From assembly GCF_009914755.1 (NCBI RefSeq), contig NC_060934.1: a DNA stretch of 64,000 bases; one strand, written 5' to 3'. The stretch is from the human T2T-CHM13v2.0 reference genome, Homo sapiens. Position 1 is the stretch's first letter. The number at the start of each line of letters is the position of its first letter. The notes below the pieces were generated by a model. The model saw only the letters and a program-made list of their open reading frames with translations. It made no database searches and was not told where the DNA came from. Shown in pieces: positions 11,761-28,790 of this stretch. The position numbers and the translations under genes were made by a program.

Positions 11761-14100
11761 GCCCGCCTCTCAGTCCCTCCCCCTACCCCCTACGCGCCGC
11801 TCAGGCAACGCTAATCCCCCCCACCCCCCGCCCTCTCCCAGGGCCCAGAGCCCCGGAGGCTGCCAGCCCCCCTTGTCGCTAGGTCCCCGCTGGGCTCTCC
11901 CGCCAACCTAAGACCCGCCCCAGACAAGGAGGAGGGCGCATGGAACCCCTGGTTCTATTCCCCAGACCCTCACGTGCCCCACCCCACTTGTGTCCACGTC
12001 TCTCTCGCCCACCGCCCCTTGAGCCACACGTAAGGCCCGGCTGCACACGCGTGTCCCGCTCCAGACCCCACGCGTGTCCCTAGGAGGCTGCCACATGACC
12101 TGTTACATGCCACACGCGCTCCCGCCCCCACGAGCACGCGGCCGCGCCAAGCACACGGTATGGGTGTAGACTGGACCCGCCCCCTAAATCCAGGAGACCA
12201 TCAACTATGGAAAGGAGATCTAGGGAACACCGTCTTGAACCCGCCAGGGGTTTTGAGTCTCGGACCCAGGAGATCCAACCCTGACCACCCTCCCAGGATG
12301 CAGCAGGGGGATGTTAAATCAGACTTCAGGAAGAACTTCCTTGCTGCCTGAGTTAGGTGTCGTCACGCCTGCCCAGGGGTAAGAGGTTAGACGGGATGAA
12401 CTAGGGACCGGAAGACGTGGGGGACAGGCAACCCTTGTGCCCTTGGCCAGGGTAGAAGGGGGCCCTGCTATTTTAAGAAAGAGCCGCTGGAGTTACTATG
12501 GCAACTACTCTCTTTGGGAGGGCCAGGGCGGGCAGATGGTGACCTCGGAAGGAAGAAGGGGTCTGTTCGGGCAGTCAGGGGGCGCGAGGACGTGCGAGGC
12601 GGGGGCGCGCGGGGCTCACCGCGGGGAGGGGCGGCGCGGACTCCGCGTGGTGCTGAAGGGGACAGCGCCAGATTTGTCGCACTGCGCAGGCGCAGAGGCG
12701 CGAACAAAGAGGGGAGGGGGACGAGGCGCGCGGCCGGAGGTGGTGCGCGCTCACGTGGCTCTATCTTTGCAGGGGTCTGTCCTCCCAGCTACCCCCTCCC
12801 TAAGCAGGCTGAGGAAGAAGAGATAGCAAGCCCTCACCTAACTTGACCCCTTTCTTGTCTCTCCCCGCTGCTAGCTTCTCCCTTCTCGCTGCCTTGCGGG
12901 GTGGGGAAACGTGGAAGGAATTCTGGGAAAACCAGATGTCTGGGTTCTCTATTCCCGTCTGGCTTGATTCTGGACAAGGGGCTTCCTCTCCAGGGCCTCG
13001 GTTTCCCCATCTTTAAAATGGACTGATAGCATAGACCTGCCCACCTTTCAGAGGTGCCCGAAGCCTTGACGAGATAACAGATGAGAAGTGGTTTTCGTTG
13101 TGATGAGCCAGCTGAAGCGGTTGCACCGGAGCGCCAGACCGTCAGCGGTGCAGTGGCTCTCGCGTCCTTCACATCCCCCCACACCCATCCCGTGGATGAT
13201 GGGGGAAGGCACTACTCCTGGGGTTCCCCGAAGCGGATCCTGGGACTGGGACCTGGGGACGCGGTGAGAGGCAGCCCTGAAGCTGAGTCCAGAGGTCTGG
13301 GGCGTCATTGTCCCAGGGCGGACCCAGCCCCAGACCCTACAACTAAACCCAAGGCCAGCCGAGAAGCACTACCACTGGCGGGCTGAGCTGAGCTCTCATT
13401 CTTCTTAGGACTCTGGACCTTTGGAGGAAATGAAAGGGACCCAGTTGGAAATATAGTCTTTCTTCGCGCCCCCTACATCTCTCTCCCCCGGCGGAAACGC
13501 GGCCCAAACTGTTACGAAGTGGAAGAGGCTGGATAGCTCTTCATAATTAATCAGGAATGGGAGGTTTGAGCAGGTTTACTTGATGAGGGAAACATTATAG
13601 CCTCGCCAATTCATTCATTATTTCAACAATTACTTATTGAACACCTGCTACGTGGCAGACAGTAAGAGCCTGGATAGTTTCTCCCCGTTTTTCAAAGTCG
13701 CTAAACGCGACCAGAGGGCAGAGGAGAGGCCGGTAACCTAAGAGTCCTGGCTCCGCCCCCTCCGCGTTTGGCCTTGCCTGCTCCTCCCACCACCACTTCG
13801 CTCAGAGGCGGCTACTGGCTCAAGAGGACGACAGAAGCCAGTCTCTGATGCCCACCGCATTCTCCAGCTTCAGGCCTCAAGCCCTGTAGCCGAGAAGGCG
13901 AGGCCTAATGTTACACCACCGGTCTGTTCCGCCTCCGTTTCGGGGTCCACCCGAAAAGCTTTCAGATCGGATCCTCGGTGAGACGGCACTCGATTAAATA
14001 GGTCTGTCTCTACAGGCCAAGGAGGCGGGTTTGGTGCGGCCACTCCAAGGCCAAAGCGAGAAAATCTTACTGCGCACGCGCAATAGACAGCCGATGGAGC
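11700..14100. promoter_or_regulatory. Shared divergent CpG-island promoter region PSD(-)/FBXL15(+)
   Basis: CpG-rich; RFX X-box GTTACTATGGCAAC 12492-12505, NRF1-type TGCGCAGGCGCA 12683-12694 and TGCGCACGCGCA 14071-14082, E-box TCACGTG 12751-12757, GC boxes. Confidence 0.75.
12838..12910 (-). other. PSD: Candidate alternative upstream PSD non-coding first exon (5' end approximate)
   Basis: TAG|gtgagg donor at 12837 within the CpG island. Confidence 0.45.
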
Positions 14101-14146
14101 CACCGATGGAGCCGTCCGGAGGGGAGCAAGAGCCCGGAGCCGTCAG
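14094..14146 (+). CDS. FBXL15: FBXL15 coding exon 1 ([17 protein letters not shown])
   Basis: ATG 14094; CAG|gtaccg donor; four exons total 903 nt = 300 aa + stop. Confidence 0.92.
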
Positions 14147-14317
14147 GTACCGAGCACCGGAGGGGCCGAGAGGGAAGAGGAACCTGAGGGAGGGGAGCCG
14201 AGCCGGGGCTGGGTCTGGGGGCCGCTCTTGGGAGCTGGGGCGCAGGAACATAACGGAGGCGGACTCGCAGGTAATAGTGGCCCCGGGACGCCAGTGCCAA
14301 CGCCCCTTTACTCGCAG

Positions 14318-14471
14318 GTTCCTGGACCTGCCCTGGGAAGACGTGCTGCTCCCACACGTCCTGAACCGGGTCCCGCTGCGCCAGCTGCTCCGGCTGCAGC
14401 GCGTTAGCCGGGCCTTCCGGTCGCTGGTGCAGCTTCACCTGGCCGGGCTGCGTCGCTTCGATGCCGCGCAG
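14318..14471 (+). CDS. FBXL15: FBXL15 coding exon 2 (F-box: [15 protein letters not shown]...)
   Basis: F-box motif; ctcgcag acceptor, CAG|gtgagc donor. Confidence 0.95.
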
Positions 14472-14750
14472 GTGAGCCGGGGGCTGAAGCCCCGCCCCTG
14501 CCTGGGTACCGCCCCGCCTCTAGCCCAGCCCCCAGCCCCGCAGTATGCCCTTCTGGACCCCCTTGGGCCGCCGGGGCTGCCCGGAAGGGATCCACGCACC
14601 AAAGGGCAAATACTCGGTAGCGACTCAGAGGGAAAGTGGGGTCTCTCCTGGGAGAGCAGGAGGCTGCCAGAAAAGAACTCAGGTCAGGGGTGCATAGGCG
14701 GCTGAGGAGTGCGGGACGGGCTGAGAGTTGGGGTGCCTCCCCGCCCGCAG

Positions 14751-15256
14751 GTGGGTCCGCAGATCCCGCGGGCCGCATTGGCCCGGCTGCTGCGGGATGC
14801 CGAGGGGCTGCAGGAGCTGGCACTGGCGCCGTGTCACGAATGGCTGTCAGACGAGGACCTGGTGCCGGTGCTGGCGCGGAATCCGCAGCTGCGGAGTGTG
14901 GCGTTGGGCGGCTGCGGGCAACTGAGTCGCCGGGCGCTTGGGGCTTTGGCCGAGGGCTGCCCACGCCTGCAGCGCCTGTCGCTCGCGCACTGTGACTGGG
15001 TGGACGGGCTGGCGCTGCGCGGCCTCGCTGATCGCTGCCCGGCCCTGGAGGAGCTGGATCTCACCGCCTGCCGCCAGCTCAAGGACGAGGCCATCGTGTA
15101 CCTGGCGCAGAGGCGCGGCGCTGGTCTCCGCAGCCTCTCTCTGGCCGTCAACGCCAACGTGGGGGACGCCGCGGTTCAAGAGTTGGCTCGGAACTGCCCA
15201 GAACTCCACCACCTTGACCTCACCGGCTGCCTCCGCGTCGGAAGCGACGGTGTCAG
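14751..15256 (+). CDS. FBXL15: FBXL15 coding exon 3 (cysteine-containing LRRs)
   Basis: LxxLxLxxC repeats; cccgcag acceptor, CAG|gtgcct donor. Confidence 0.95.
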
Positions 15257-15767
15257 GTGCCTGGGCCTGATAGGGCGGGAGGAGGGCAGTCACTTAGCCT
15301 CTGCTGGTATGGGGCGGGCTGTAGTTGTTAAAAGGCCGGACTGAGGGTTCTGAATCTTCCTGCAAACCACAGCACCCCCATTCTGAACAGAAAGGGCCTC
15401 TAGGATTGCCTAGGCCAGAGAGCCCATAGTTTAAAAACTTTTTTCAACCAATGTTTACACATTGGGAGATTTCACATAGAAAGTCGACTTCTGGCTTTTC
15501 TTCAACAAGGGGGAGATCTTGCAATCCTAGGCGGAGCTGAGGGCCAGGTTCCCCCCTTAAATGAGACAGGAAGTCTCCAGCTCACTGGAAGCCAATCCAG
15601 GCGCCTCCCTTGTGTAGGGACGGAAAAAGTATGCCCCTGCCCCGAGCTGGAGGGAGACCGGGATTTTGCCGGAGCCAGTCCGAGGCTGAGTGAGCCCGGG
15701 CCTCCACCTTACCCCACCAAAGGTGTGGTGGCCTCATGTCCCTAGCCTCACCCTGCTCCTCCCTCAG

Positions 15768-15957
15768 GACATTGGCCGAGTACTGCCCCGTGCTGCGTTC
15801 GCTGCGGGTGCGGCACTGCCACCATGTGGCGGAGTCCAGCCTGAGCCGCTTGCGGAAGCGCGGCGTGGACATCGACGTGGAGCCGCCGCTGCACCAGGCC
15901 CTGGTGCTGCTGCAGGATATGGCGGGCTTCGCACCTTTTGTCAACCTGCAGGTCTGA
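15768..15957 (+). CDS. FBXL15: FBXL15 last coding exon (TLAEYCPV...VNLQV*)
   Basis: ccctcag acceptor; TGA at 15955-15957. Confidence 0.95.
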
Positions 15958-16079
15958 CCCGCCTGCCAATCGGAGCACAGCTGGACTGTGTGGCTGGGGC
16001 CTGACACTGAGCTGTAGGGAAACTGAACTGTGAGGACCTCTGGTGAGAGGCCAGTGCCCTGCCCCACCCTGGAGCTTCA

Positions 16080-16085
16080 AATAAA
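16080..16085 (+). terminator. FBXL15 polyadenylation signal AATAAA
   Basis: About 120 nt after the stop, followed by a T-rich tract. Confidence 0.85.
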
Positions 16086-16226
16086 GAGCTTTTTACCCCC
16101 TCTTGCCTGGTGCTGCCCTGTTGAAGATAGGGGATTCGAGGTTGGGGAGGAAAGGTCAGACAGGCATAGTATCCCAGTCCTGAGGCAGAAATGACCAGAA
16201 TGCACTCACACCTTCCTTGGGCCACC

Positions 16227-16232
16227 TTTACT
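16227..16232 (-). terminator. CUEDC2 probable variant polyadenylation signal AGTAAA
   Basis: Only PAS-like hexamer I found in the short 3' UTR; GU-rich sequence downstream on the - strand. Confidence 0.6.
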
Positions 16233-16389
16233 GTGCCCATGGAGGCAGCTCCGAGAGTAGGTTAACACTATGGAGCAAAGGAGTAGAGAAGGGGGACAGG
16301 AGTTAGGGGGCCCCTGTGTAGGGGTATAGGGCTCCTGCATCCCTCTGGGATCTGAGCCTAGAAGGCTCGGGCAGAGTCCGGCGAGTGCC

Positions 16390-16536
16390 TCAATGGAAGC
16401 GGTACTTTCTGGCTGGCTTGAGGTTGATGTATGTGGCCTTCATCTCCTCGGCCTCAGGGTTCCGCACATCTTTGAATCGCTCCCCTTTGGTGCTCACTAC
16501 CTGGTTGTCGATGTATCGGATCAGCTTCTTGGGGGC
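16390..16536 (-). CDS. CUEDC2: CUEDC2 last coding exon (APKKLIRY...ARKYRFH*)
   Basis: ctgacag acceptor; TGA 16392-16390; eight coding exons total 864 nt = 287 aa + stop. Confidence 0.94.
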   Translation of the reverse strand, partial: APKKLIRYIDNQVVSTKGERFKDVRNPEAEEMKATYINLKPARKYRFH

Positions 16537-16620
16537 CTGTCAGGCAATCAGCAGTGAGTGGCAGAAGCCAGGAGCCAGTCCCACCCATTCCGCATCCCCA
16601 GCAACCCTTAACTCTCTCAC

Positions 16621-16681
16621 CTCCTTGGGAGCCATGGGCCGGTGAATCTTCTGATCCTCTGCGCTATCCACCATCATGTAC
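16621..16681 (-). CDS. CUEDC2: CUEDC2 coding exon ([20 protein letters not shown])
   Basis: ttgacag acceptor, GAG|gtgaga donor; 61 nt. Confidence 0.93.
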
Positions 16682-16761
16682 CTGTCAAAAACTGGCTGGG
16701 TGAAGCTCCTGTCACCCTGGGAAGACCCTCTAGGGCCCAGCCCAGCCCAGCCCAGACTCAC

Positions 16762-16823
16762 TTCTGCAGGATGAAGGACTTCAGCTCATCCTTTTGGGGG
16801 CCTCTGAGGCGTCTGGGCAGGTC
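16762..16823 (-). CDS. CUEDC2: CUEDC2 coding exon ([21 protein letters not shown])
   Basis: tctgcag acceptor, GAA|gtgagt donor; 62 nt. Confidence 0.93.
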
Positions 16824-16959
16824 CTGCAGAGAGGGGAGGCCTGGTCTAGGCCCAAGGGCACCAGCAGGGGAAACAGATGGGGATAGGTAGGGGTTGGGGC
16901 TTAACACCAAGGTGGAATGTAGCTGAGGCTACATGGTAGAGGGTGCTGGGAAAAGATAC

Positions 16960-17142
16960 CTGGTTGGGGCCCTCCCAGGCTGCAGGCCCCTCTTCCTTTC
17001 CCTCTACCAGCATCTGCACAGCTTCTTCCAAGTCCCCCCGAGCTTTGGCCAGCACCCACTGGGCCTGCTCCACCGAACAGGTAGGGAACACCTCCAGGAG
17101 TACATCCACCCCTGGCAGAAGCTCCTCCTCAGCGCCAGTTGC
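16960..17142 (-). CDS. CUEDC2: CUEDC2 coding exon with CUE domain ([35 protein letters not shown])
   Basis: CUE FP...LL-type motif; cccttag acceptor, CAG|gtatct donor; 183 nt. Confidence 0.95.
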
Positions 17143-17227
17143 CTAAGGGTACAAACGTTAACAAGAGGCAATACTCCCCCCTTTCCAGCCCCCTGGGTCC
17201 CTCATCGGTACCCTCCTCTACCAGTAC

Positions 17228-17358
17228 CTCATCTTGGGTGTCTGCAGCAGCAGCAGCCGAAGACCTAGTCTCTTCTTTGAGCATTTCGGGCCGCTGCAGG
17301 GGCTCTGGGGAGATGGGCACCTGACCTTGGACACCAGAGCTCTGCGGTTGCAGGTTCT
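17228..17358 (-). CDS. CUEDC2: CUEDC2 coding exon (ENLQPQ...ADTQDE)
   Basis: ctttaag acceptor, GAG|gtactg donor; 131 nt. Confidence 0.92.
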
Positions 17359-17462
17359 CTTAAAGAGGCAAAGAGAGCATCAGGTTTGCCAAGGCTCTGG
17401 GGAGCAGGCAGTTGGGGGAACGGGATTATGAATCACTCAGGTGCCCAGAGCCCCAGACTCAC

Positions 17463-17524
17463 CTTTGTTCCTGGCATCGCTCAGCTGCCCTGAGAGCTTC
17501 TGCATCATGTCCCCTATTGTGCCC
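17463..17524 (-). CDS. CUEDC2: CUEDC2 coding exon ([20 protein letters not shown])
   Basis: ttttcag acceptor, AAG|gtgagt donor; 62 nt. Confidence 0.93.
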
Positions 17525-17612
17525 CTGAAAAGATGAGGGCAGTGAGAGGATGACTCTGCCCACCCCATAATCAGCCAGCCCCTTCCTCCTCCTGGCCCTA
17601 GCCAGAACCTAC

Positions 17613-17756
17613 CTGGGGATGTGGGCGAAGCCAGGCACATAGGCCTCCATCATCTCAGTGAAAGCCTCCATATCGAAGTTCTCCTCTGATGGGCCCGAGG
17701 GGCCCAGGTCCTCCAGGACCCCAAGCACATAGGAGAAGATGACCTCATCCAAGCCA
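17613..17756 (-). CDS. CUEDC2: CUEDC2 coding exon ([17 protein letters not shown]...AHIPR)
   Basis: cctgcag acceptor, CAG|gtaggt donor; 144 nt. Confidence 0.94.
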
Positions 17757-18078
17757 CTGCAGGAAGGGAACAGGACAAGCCCTGGGTAGGACACTGGATG
17801 CCTCCAGCACCCCCACCTATCCTGAGACTCCAGCCCTCAGCTTCATGGGGTCTATGAGCTAGACCTTTATCTTTAAGGCCAGAGAGTATAACCCCCTCCC
17901 TCAGAGCTATGGTTTCCCATCTGCCCAACAAAGGTGACAGGGACAGGATGAGAGGTAAGGCCTCTCAGCAAATCCTAGTCAGCCCTCCTGCTGTCTTTCC
18001 ATCAGCCAGTACCCATAGTACTGCCCGGCAGCTCCAGCTCCAGCACTGACATGAGCCTTCCGGGGGACCCGTCTCTAC

Positions 18079-18152
18079 CTGAGGTCGGCCTCCGGGAGGT
18101 GTGTCTGGACAAAGGCAAGGAGGGCTGCACTGACGATCCTCTCCAGCTCCAT
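18079..18152 (-). CDS. CUEDC2: CUEDC2 first coding exon ([24 protein letters not shown])
   Basis: agcATGG at 18152; acceptor at 18163-18164; CAG|gtagag donor. Confidence 0.94.
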
Positions 18153-19128
18153 GCTCTCTGTTCTGAAGGGACACAGACAGGATGGCCGGGCCTTCTTCTG
18201 CCTGCCCCCACCCACTGGGCCTGGGGGCAGTGGCTCCTCCCTCCTGGCCTGCTATGGAACCATCTGTTGATGCTGCCCTCTCTGTTCCCCCAAGTAGAAC
18301 CATGCCCCCTCCTCCGCCCATCTCACCTCCTTCAGCCTGAGACAGGACAGGGCACTGTGTCTGGAGACAGCCTCTAGAGGAGGCGCCCCCCCACCTCTCC
18401 CCACCCCCCTACCTCTCCCCACCCCCCTACCCCATTCCCCAGCAGCAGTCCCAGACCTTCTGACAAGGTCTTGGGGTCACATGCCTCCTGGCTCAGGAAT
18501 CCCATCACTGAGGGAGCCCCTTGGCCCCCAAGTCCAATCACAAGGGGCCCCATTGTCCAGCCCCTCAAGGCTCAGCCTCAGGACCAAGCACAGCCCTTCC
18601 CCCACCCAGAACAGGCCACCCACCCTCTGCACAAAGGGGCTTTTCTGGCTCTGGGGCCCAGATAGAAGGGGAAGCCTTTCATGGATTCTCTCTTCTCGCC
18701 CAGTCCCTGCCCTTCCTGCAGCTTAGGACTATCTGCACAGCACTTTCCATCCTCCTCCCCAAGGCCTGAGGAGCCCACAGATCTGGCCCTCTCCCAGCTC
18801 TCCAGCCTCCCCAGTCCCTCCTCCCTAGCTTGCTCCCACCCCACCTTCTGTCCCTCAGACTTGCTGAGCTTCCTCCTGTCTGTGTCCTGCGGGACATCCA
18901 TGGCTCGTCCAGTCACTCCTCAGGGCTCCGCTCAAATGTTACCTCCTCAGAGAGCCCTTCCCTGACTAACCTATGGCAAGTAAGTCTTCTCCATGCCCCT
19001 TAACCCTACATAGCACTTACTACCATTAACATTATTTTGTGCTTATTTGCCTATTGTCTGTCTGCCCCCATAAAATGGAAGCTCCAAAGCAAGGTGGGGA
19101 TGAGGGGGACACTCTGTCTTATTCATGA

Positions 19129-19315
19129 GTGTAACCCTAGCACCTAGAAAAATGCCCATACTGGCTAGGTGCTGAATACATACCTGTTGACATGCTCCAT
19201 TCCCATCTACATGCTTTTGACTCCCAAAAGTCTGTTTGGGAGTCAGGAGCATATGGGTGGTAATGAATGGCTCCAGACCCATAGGTCCAAATGCCAGCTC
19301 ATCATCCCACTCAGA
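19129..19315. repeat. Inverted duplication arm 1 (187 bp)
   Basis: Reverse complement of 21286-21471; 11 substitutions + 1 indel. Confidence 0.93.
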
Positions 19316-19461
19316 AGGCTCCGAGGCACCACCAGTTCCACGCACCTCACACTCATCATAGACTACTGATCTGCGCACATCCCCCTCCAAACACACATCT
19401 GCTTCATCAGCTGACACCACTCACTCAGCTGCCAAAGCTGAAACCTGGGGATTACCCTTGA

Positions 19462-19752
<291 letters not shown>

Positions 19753-20707
19753 TAGTTTTTTGTTGTTGTTGTTTGTTTGTTTGTTTTAGTAGAGATGCAG
19801 TTTTGCCATGTTTTGAGTCCAGGGTTCGAGACCCAGGCTGGTCTCGAACTCCTGGGCTCAAAGCAGTTCGCCCACCTCAGCCTCCCAAAGTGCTGGGATT
19901 ACAGCCATGAGTCACCGTGCCCGGCCTCAAAATTTCTTAGACTGAGGTCATCAGTTACTTTTTCCAGGTTTTAGTCTAATTAGGTTGAACCATATGAGCT
20001 TGCCAATTTTGTCTGGTTTTGATCTACAAAAAAAAAGGGGGGAATTTCTCATGATTTCACCTTCTATTTGCCCTTTCAGCAGCTCCAACTTTGGTTTCTG
20101 AGATGCCATTCTTTCCTGGTTTCCTTCTACCTCTCTGGCCATTTCTTCGAAGGCCCTTTCTCTGTCCCCTTCTCTGCTCCCCTCTAAATGTGGGAGTTCC
20201 TCACATGCAAGGCTGCCTCTCCTTCTCACTGCAGCGCTCTCTCTCTCTCTGGAAGATCTCATCTGGGCCCACATCTTTATGTACCAATGCCATGTCATCA
20301 ATTCCCAAATGTCCAGTCCTCTAGTCCAGTCTCCTCTGAGCTACAGGCTTGGACATCTACCTCTCTAACACTGCCACGTGTATGTTTTACAGGCATCTCA
20401 CAGTTAGCGTGTCCCAAACTAATGTTCTCTCAAGTGCTTTACTCCTCCAAGGCCATTCTCAGTAAATGCATGTCCAGGCACCCGGCTGTTCCTGCCACAA
20501 ATCTGGGAAATATCCTTGACACCATCCTACCCCTTGCTCTCCCTCATCCAATCAGTCGCCAAGCCCTAATCATTATCTCTTGCCACATCTATTTCTCTCC
20601 ATCTCTACTCTCACTTTTCTCCATCTCTTGCCTGCAAGACCTTCCTAACCCTTCTCCCCACTCCATCTTCCCCCCAACAACCTATTCTCCACACCACAGC
20701 TGTGTGA

Positions 20708-21471
<764 letters not shown>

Positions 21472-21799
21472 AAACTATTTCCTCTGCCTGGGCACCCTTC
21501 TGCCTCCACCCCTTCACTTACTGTCACTCTGATCTTTTGGGTCTCATTTTAAAATTCCCTTCCTTGGCTGGGCACGGTGCCTCATGCCTGTAATTCCAGC
21601 ACTTTGGGAGGCTGAGGCAAGAGGATCGTTTGAGCTCAGGAGTTTAAGACCAGCCTCGGCAACATATCAAGACCCCATCTCTCTTTTTGTAGAAAAATAT
21701 TTTTAGGCCAGGCACGGAGGCTCATGCCTGTAATCCCAGCACTTTGGGAGACCCAGGGGGTTGGATCACGAGGTCAGGAGATCAAGACCATCTTGGCTA

Positions 21800-22057
<258 letters not shown>

Positions 22058-22776
22058 TCACCCCTGACCTAGAACTCATTTGGGCCCTGCCATATTACAC
22101 TCTCTATGCAGGCTGCAAGTTTTCTGACTAGCAGCACCTTTCACAGCCATAATTATTATTTGGACAATGTTTAATGTTTCTTCCAGTTGTCTCATGAAGC
22201 AGGGACTAAACACCGGGCTGACATTCACCAGTGTATACTCAGCATCTCTCATGAAGTGGGCACTCAATAAACAGTTGAACCCCAATTTACCTATGAAGAA
22301 ATGAAGTTCAGTGTGTTTAATGACTTGCCCAGAGTCACCTGGCTTGACTGCGGTAGTCAGATTTAAATCCAGGTCACCTAGTTCAGCATCTATTCTAGGG
22401 GCTACTCTGGGGAAGGGAGGATATCAAGACTTTCAAGTGGGTTGGGACAGGGCTACCTTCTATGCTTACAGTTGCCTGGTCCCGAGTGGTAACAGAGTTG
22501 CTCATAGCACAGGGGTCACTTTGGAAAGCAGGACTGAGAAGCCCCAGCCTACCAGGGGAATTCATACCACCTGCGCCAGAGCCCTCATGGGCCCTGAGGA
22601 AGAGCAGAATGGCTCAGCCCAGGCATACTAGATCCCATCATGCAGCTCCCTCAGGGTAGAACCGCCTCCAGGGACCTACCTCGACCCTGGGTTACATCAC
22701 CCTCGAATCCTGGGCTGTCAGTTGCATGGTAGCCTCTGCCGGGACAAAGGCCCATGGCTGCTGCATGAAAGCCCAG

Positions 22777-24555
<1,779 letters not shown>

Positions 24556-25321
24556 ATCACCTCTCACGATGCAAATTGTGTGGCCCCATCCTATATTCTG
24601 AATCTCCTCTCCTGCCTGGCTGGCTATATTGTCTATTTCAGAATCTTTGCTCACACCACTCTCCCAGCCCAGAGCATCTGTCCCTCTGCCTCTCCAAATC
24701 TCATTCTGCAGGACTCCCTTTCTGCAGCCAACCCTAACTGCCCCACCTTCACTGCTCCCAGCTAGCCTGGGAGCTTCCCAAGGGCAGCACAGGCCTGGAC
24801 CCTCCAGATGCTAGACAGAGACACTGTGGACAAATTTAAGTGAGAGTGGGGTAAGAAGTACTATGCTGCTCCCTTGGGGTGGGGAGGTGCTTAAAGTGGA
24901 GGGAGAGCAGGCCATGTGGGAGGAGGAATCCTGGGAGCTAGTGTGAAAGGAGTCCTAGCGAACTTCTCAGGGAGGCAGCAAGGGGTCTAGCATGGAAGGT
25001 CTTCACTGCTTCTCTCAGCCCCTGTGAAGCCCGGTTCCTGAGGCCCTGGACCCATAACGCAGGCCCCAGAGGATATCATTGTCCTCTGATACCCAAGTCA
25101 GACCTTAGAGGCACCAAGGGCATTGAGGGGAACAAGGGATCCCTGCATCCAAAGTCAGGCGGGAGCACAAACAGGGAGGGCGAGCACAGGAAGTGGGACC
25201 GCGATGATGGACGACCCCTGAAGCAGCAGCTCCCTAAACCCGCTAGCGGGACACCCGTAAGCGTCCAGAATAGTGGGCCCGAAGGCACAGGGATGCGGCT
25301 GTGGCCTTGGAGGACACATGA

Positions 25322-27400
<2,079 letters not shown>

Positions 27401-27792
27401 GAAACTATGGAGAAAACGGGATGACTGCTTATTGCTTTCTCTTCCACCTCTGGTCCTCACAACAGCCTCCTTCCTCTTCTGGCCTCAGAGACAGCAAGAT
27501 GTTGGCTGCTTGGGGGAGGTAGCAGGGAAGGAAGGGGCACATTCGCGTCGCTTTGCCCATAAAAACACTGCCACTCCAGCCTGGTGATACTAGGGTTAAT
27601 GAGGGGTGGGGTGACAGCGACTTTGAACTCTGGCCGGGCAGGCCCCTAGGAAGGGGGTGATGGGCAGCCCACAGCCCCAGGCCTTTGCCTGTCCTCCAGA
27701 GACCAGCCATCCCTTTCCTCCCCCGTCCCCTTTCCTGCTTCCCCCTGTCCATTGCACAATACTGATGACTCTTCTCTCCCTACCACCCTCCA

Positions 27793-28790
27793 TTCCCGGA
27801 ACTTTCAAGTTTCCTCAGTAGAGCTGCCCTGAGTTCTGGCCCAAGACCCCTGCAAGCCATTTCTGACTGTGTGCCTTCCCCTCTCCCCTATCCCCTGTTT
27901 GCTGGATGGCAGCTGCATGTGACTTGGTATCAGAAAGAACTTCCTGAGCTTTCAAGGGAGGAGGATGGAAAAGACTTCTTAGGGGGAGTCCCTCCTTTCC
28001 CAACTCAAACTCTGGGGAGTCCCAGCTCTGTGCAGCAGGAGTCAAGTTCTGGGGGGTCGAGGACAGAAGGTGGGCTGAGGAGAGGGAACCCCACAGACAC
28101 AAGGACACACACATACTGTAAGGTAGGGGCTCCCGGGATCCCTGCCCTGAGGGATTCTGAAGCTGGCTGGAACTTCAGCCCCTGATTTTCTTTCCCCTCA
28201 GGTCTCAGTCTCTCTCTCCCCAAAATGGGAACAGACTCCCCACTGCCCTTTGGTACTGCTTGAAGCGGCACAGAGCTAAAGGAGGCAGAGGGATGCCTTT
28301 TCACCGCCATTCCTTCCAGTGAATTTTGCAGCTGGTGTTTGGGTGCCTGGATCGCCTTAGCTGGTGGGAAAAGCTAGAAACCTACGCTGAGGCTTCCCCT
28401 AGCACCTCCATTCCCCGTCATCCTGCTTCAAAATGAGAAACTGGACTTGAATTTGGCATAAAGGGCAGATTTTTCAGGCAGAGTAGAGAGAGAGCCCAGC
28501 GGGCTGGTCTCAAGGGGTGGGAAGAACTCAGTTAGAGACCAAGGTGAGGAAGGGGAGGCTTCAAAGAATGGCGGGGGCGGGGTCCCGCTCTGGCTTGAGG
28601 TTAGAAAGGGCTCTCTGGGCAGGGTTCCTGGCCCTCCCACACCTTCCTCCTTTCTCAGAAGAGCCAGCATGGGGCGGGGGCGGGAGGCGGCTGGGGCGGG
28701 GGTGGGGGCCTTATTTAAGGAGCACCGGCTGAGAACATCGTTGCAGATCCAGCCCCAGGAGCCATAGAGAGGAGGTTTCGTGGGTAAGTG
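27793..28790 (+). promoter_or_regulatory. Probable pri-miR-146b promoter: STAT GAS sites, GC boxes, TATA-like element
   Basis: TTCCCGGAA 27793-27801, TTCTCAGAA 28652-28660, GGGCGG cluster 28671-28700, TTATTTAA 28711-28718, TGG|gtaagt donor at 28784. Confidence 0.6.
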
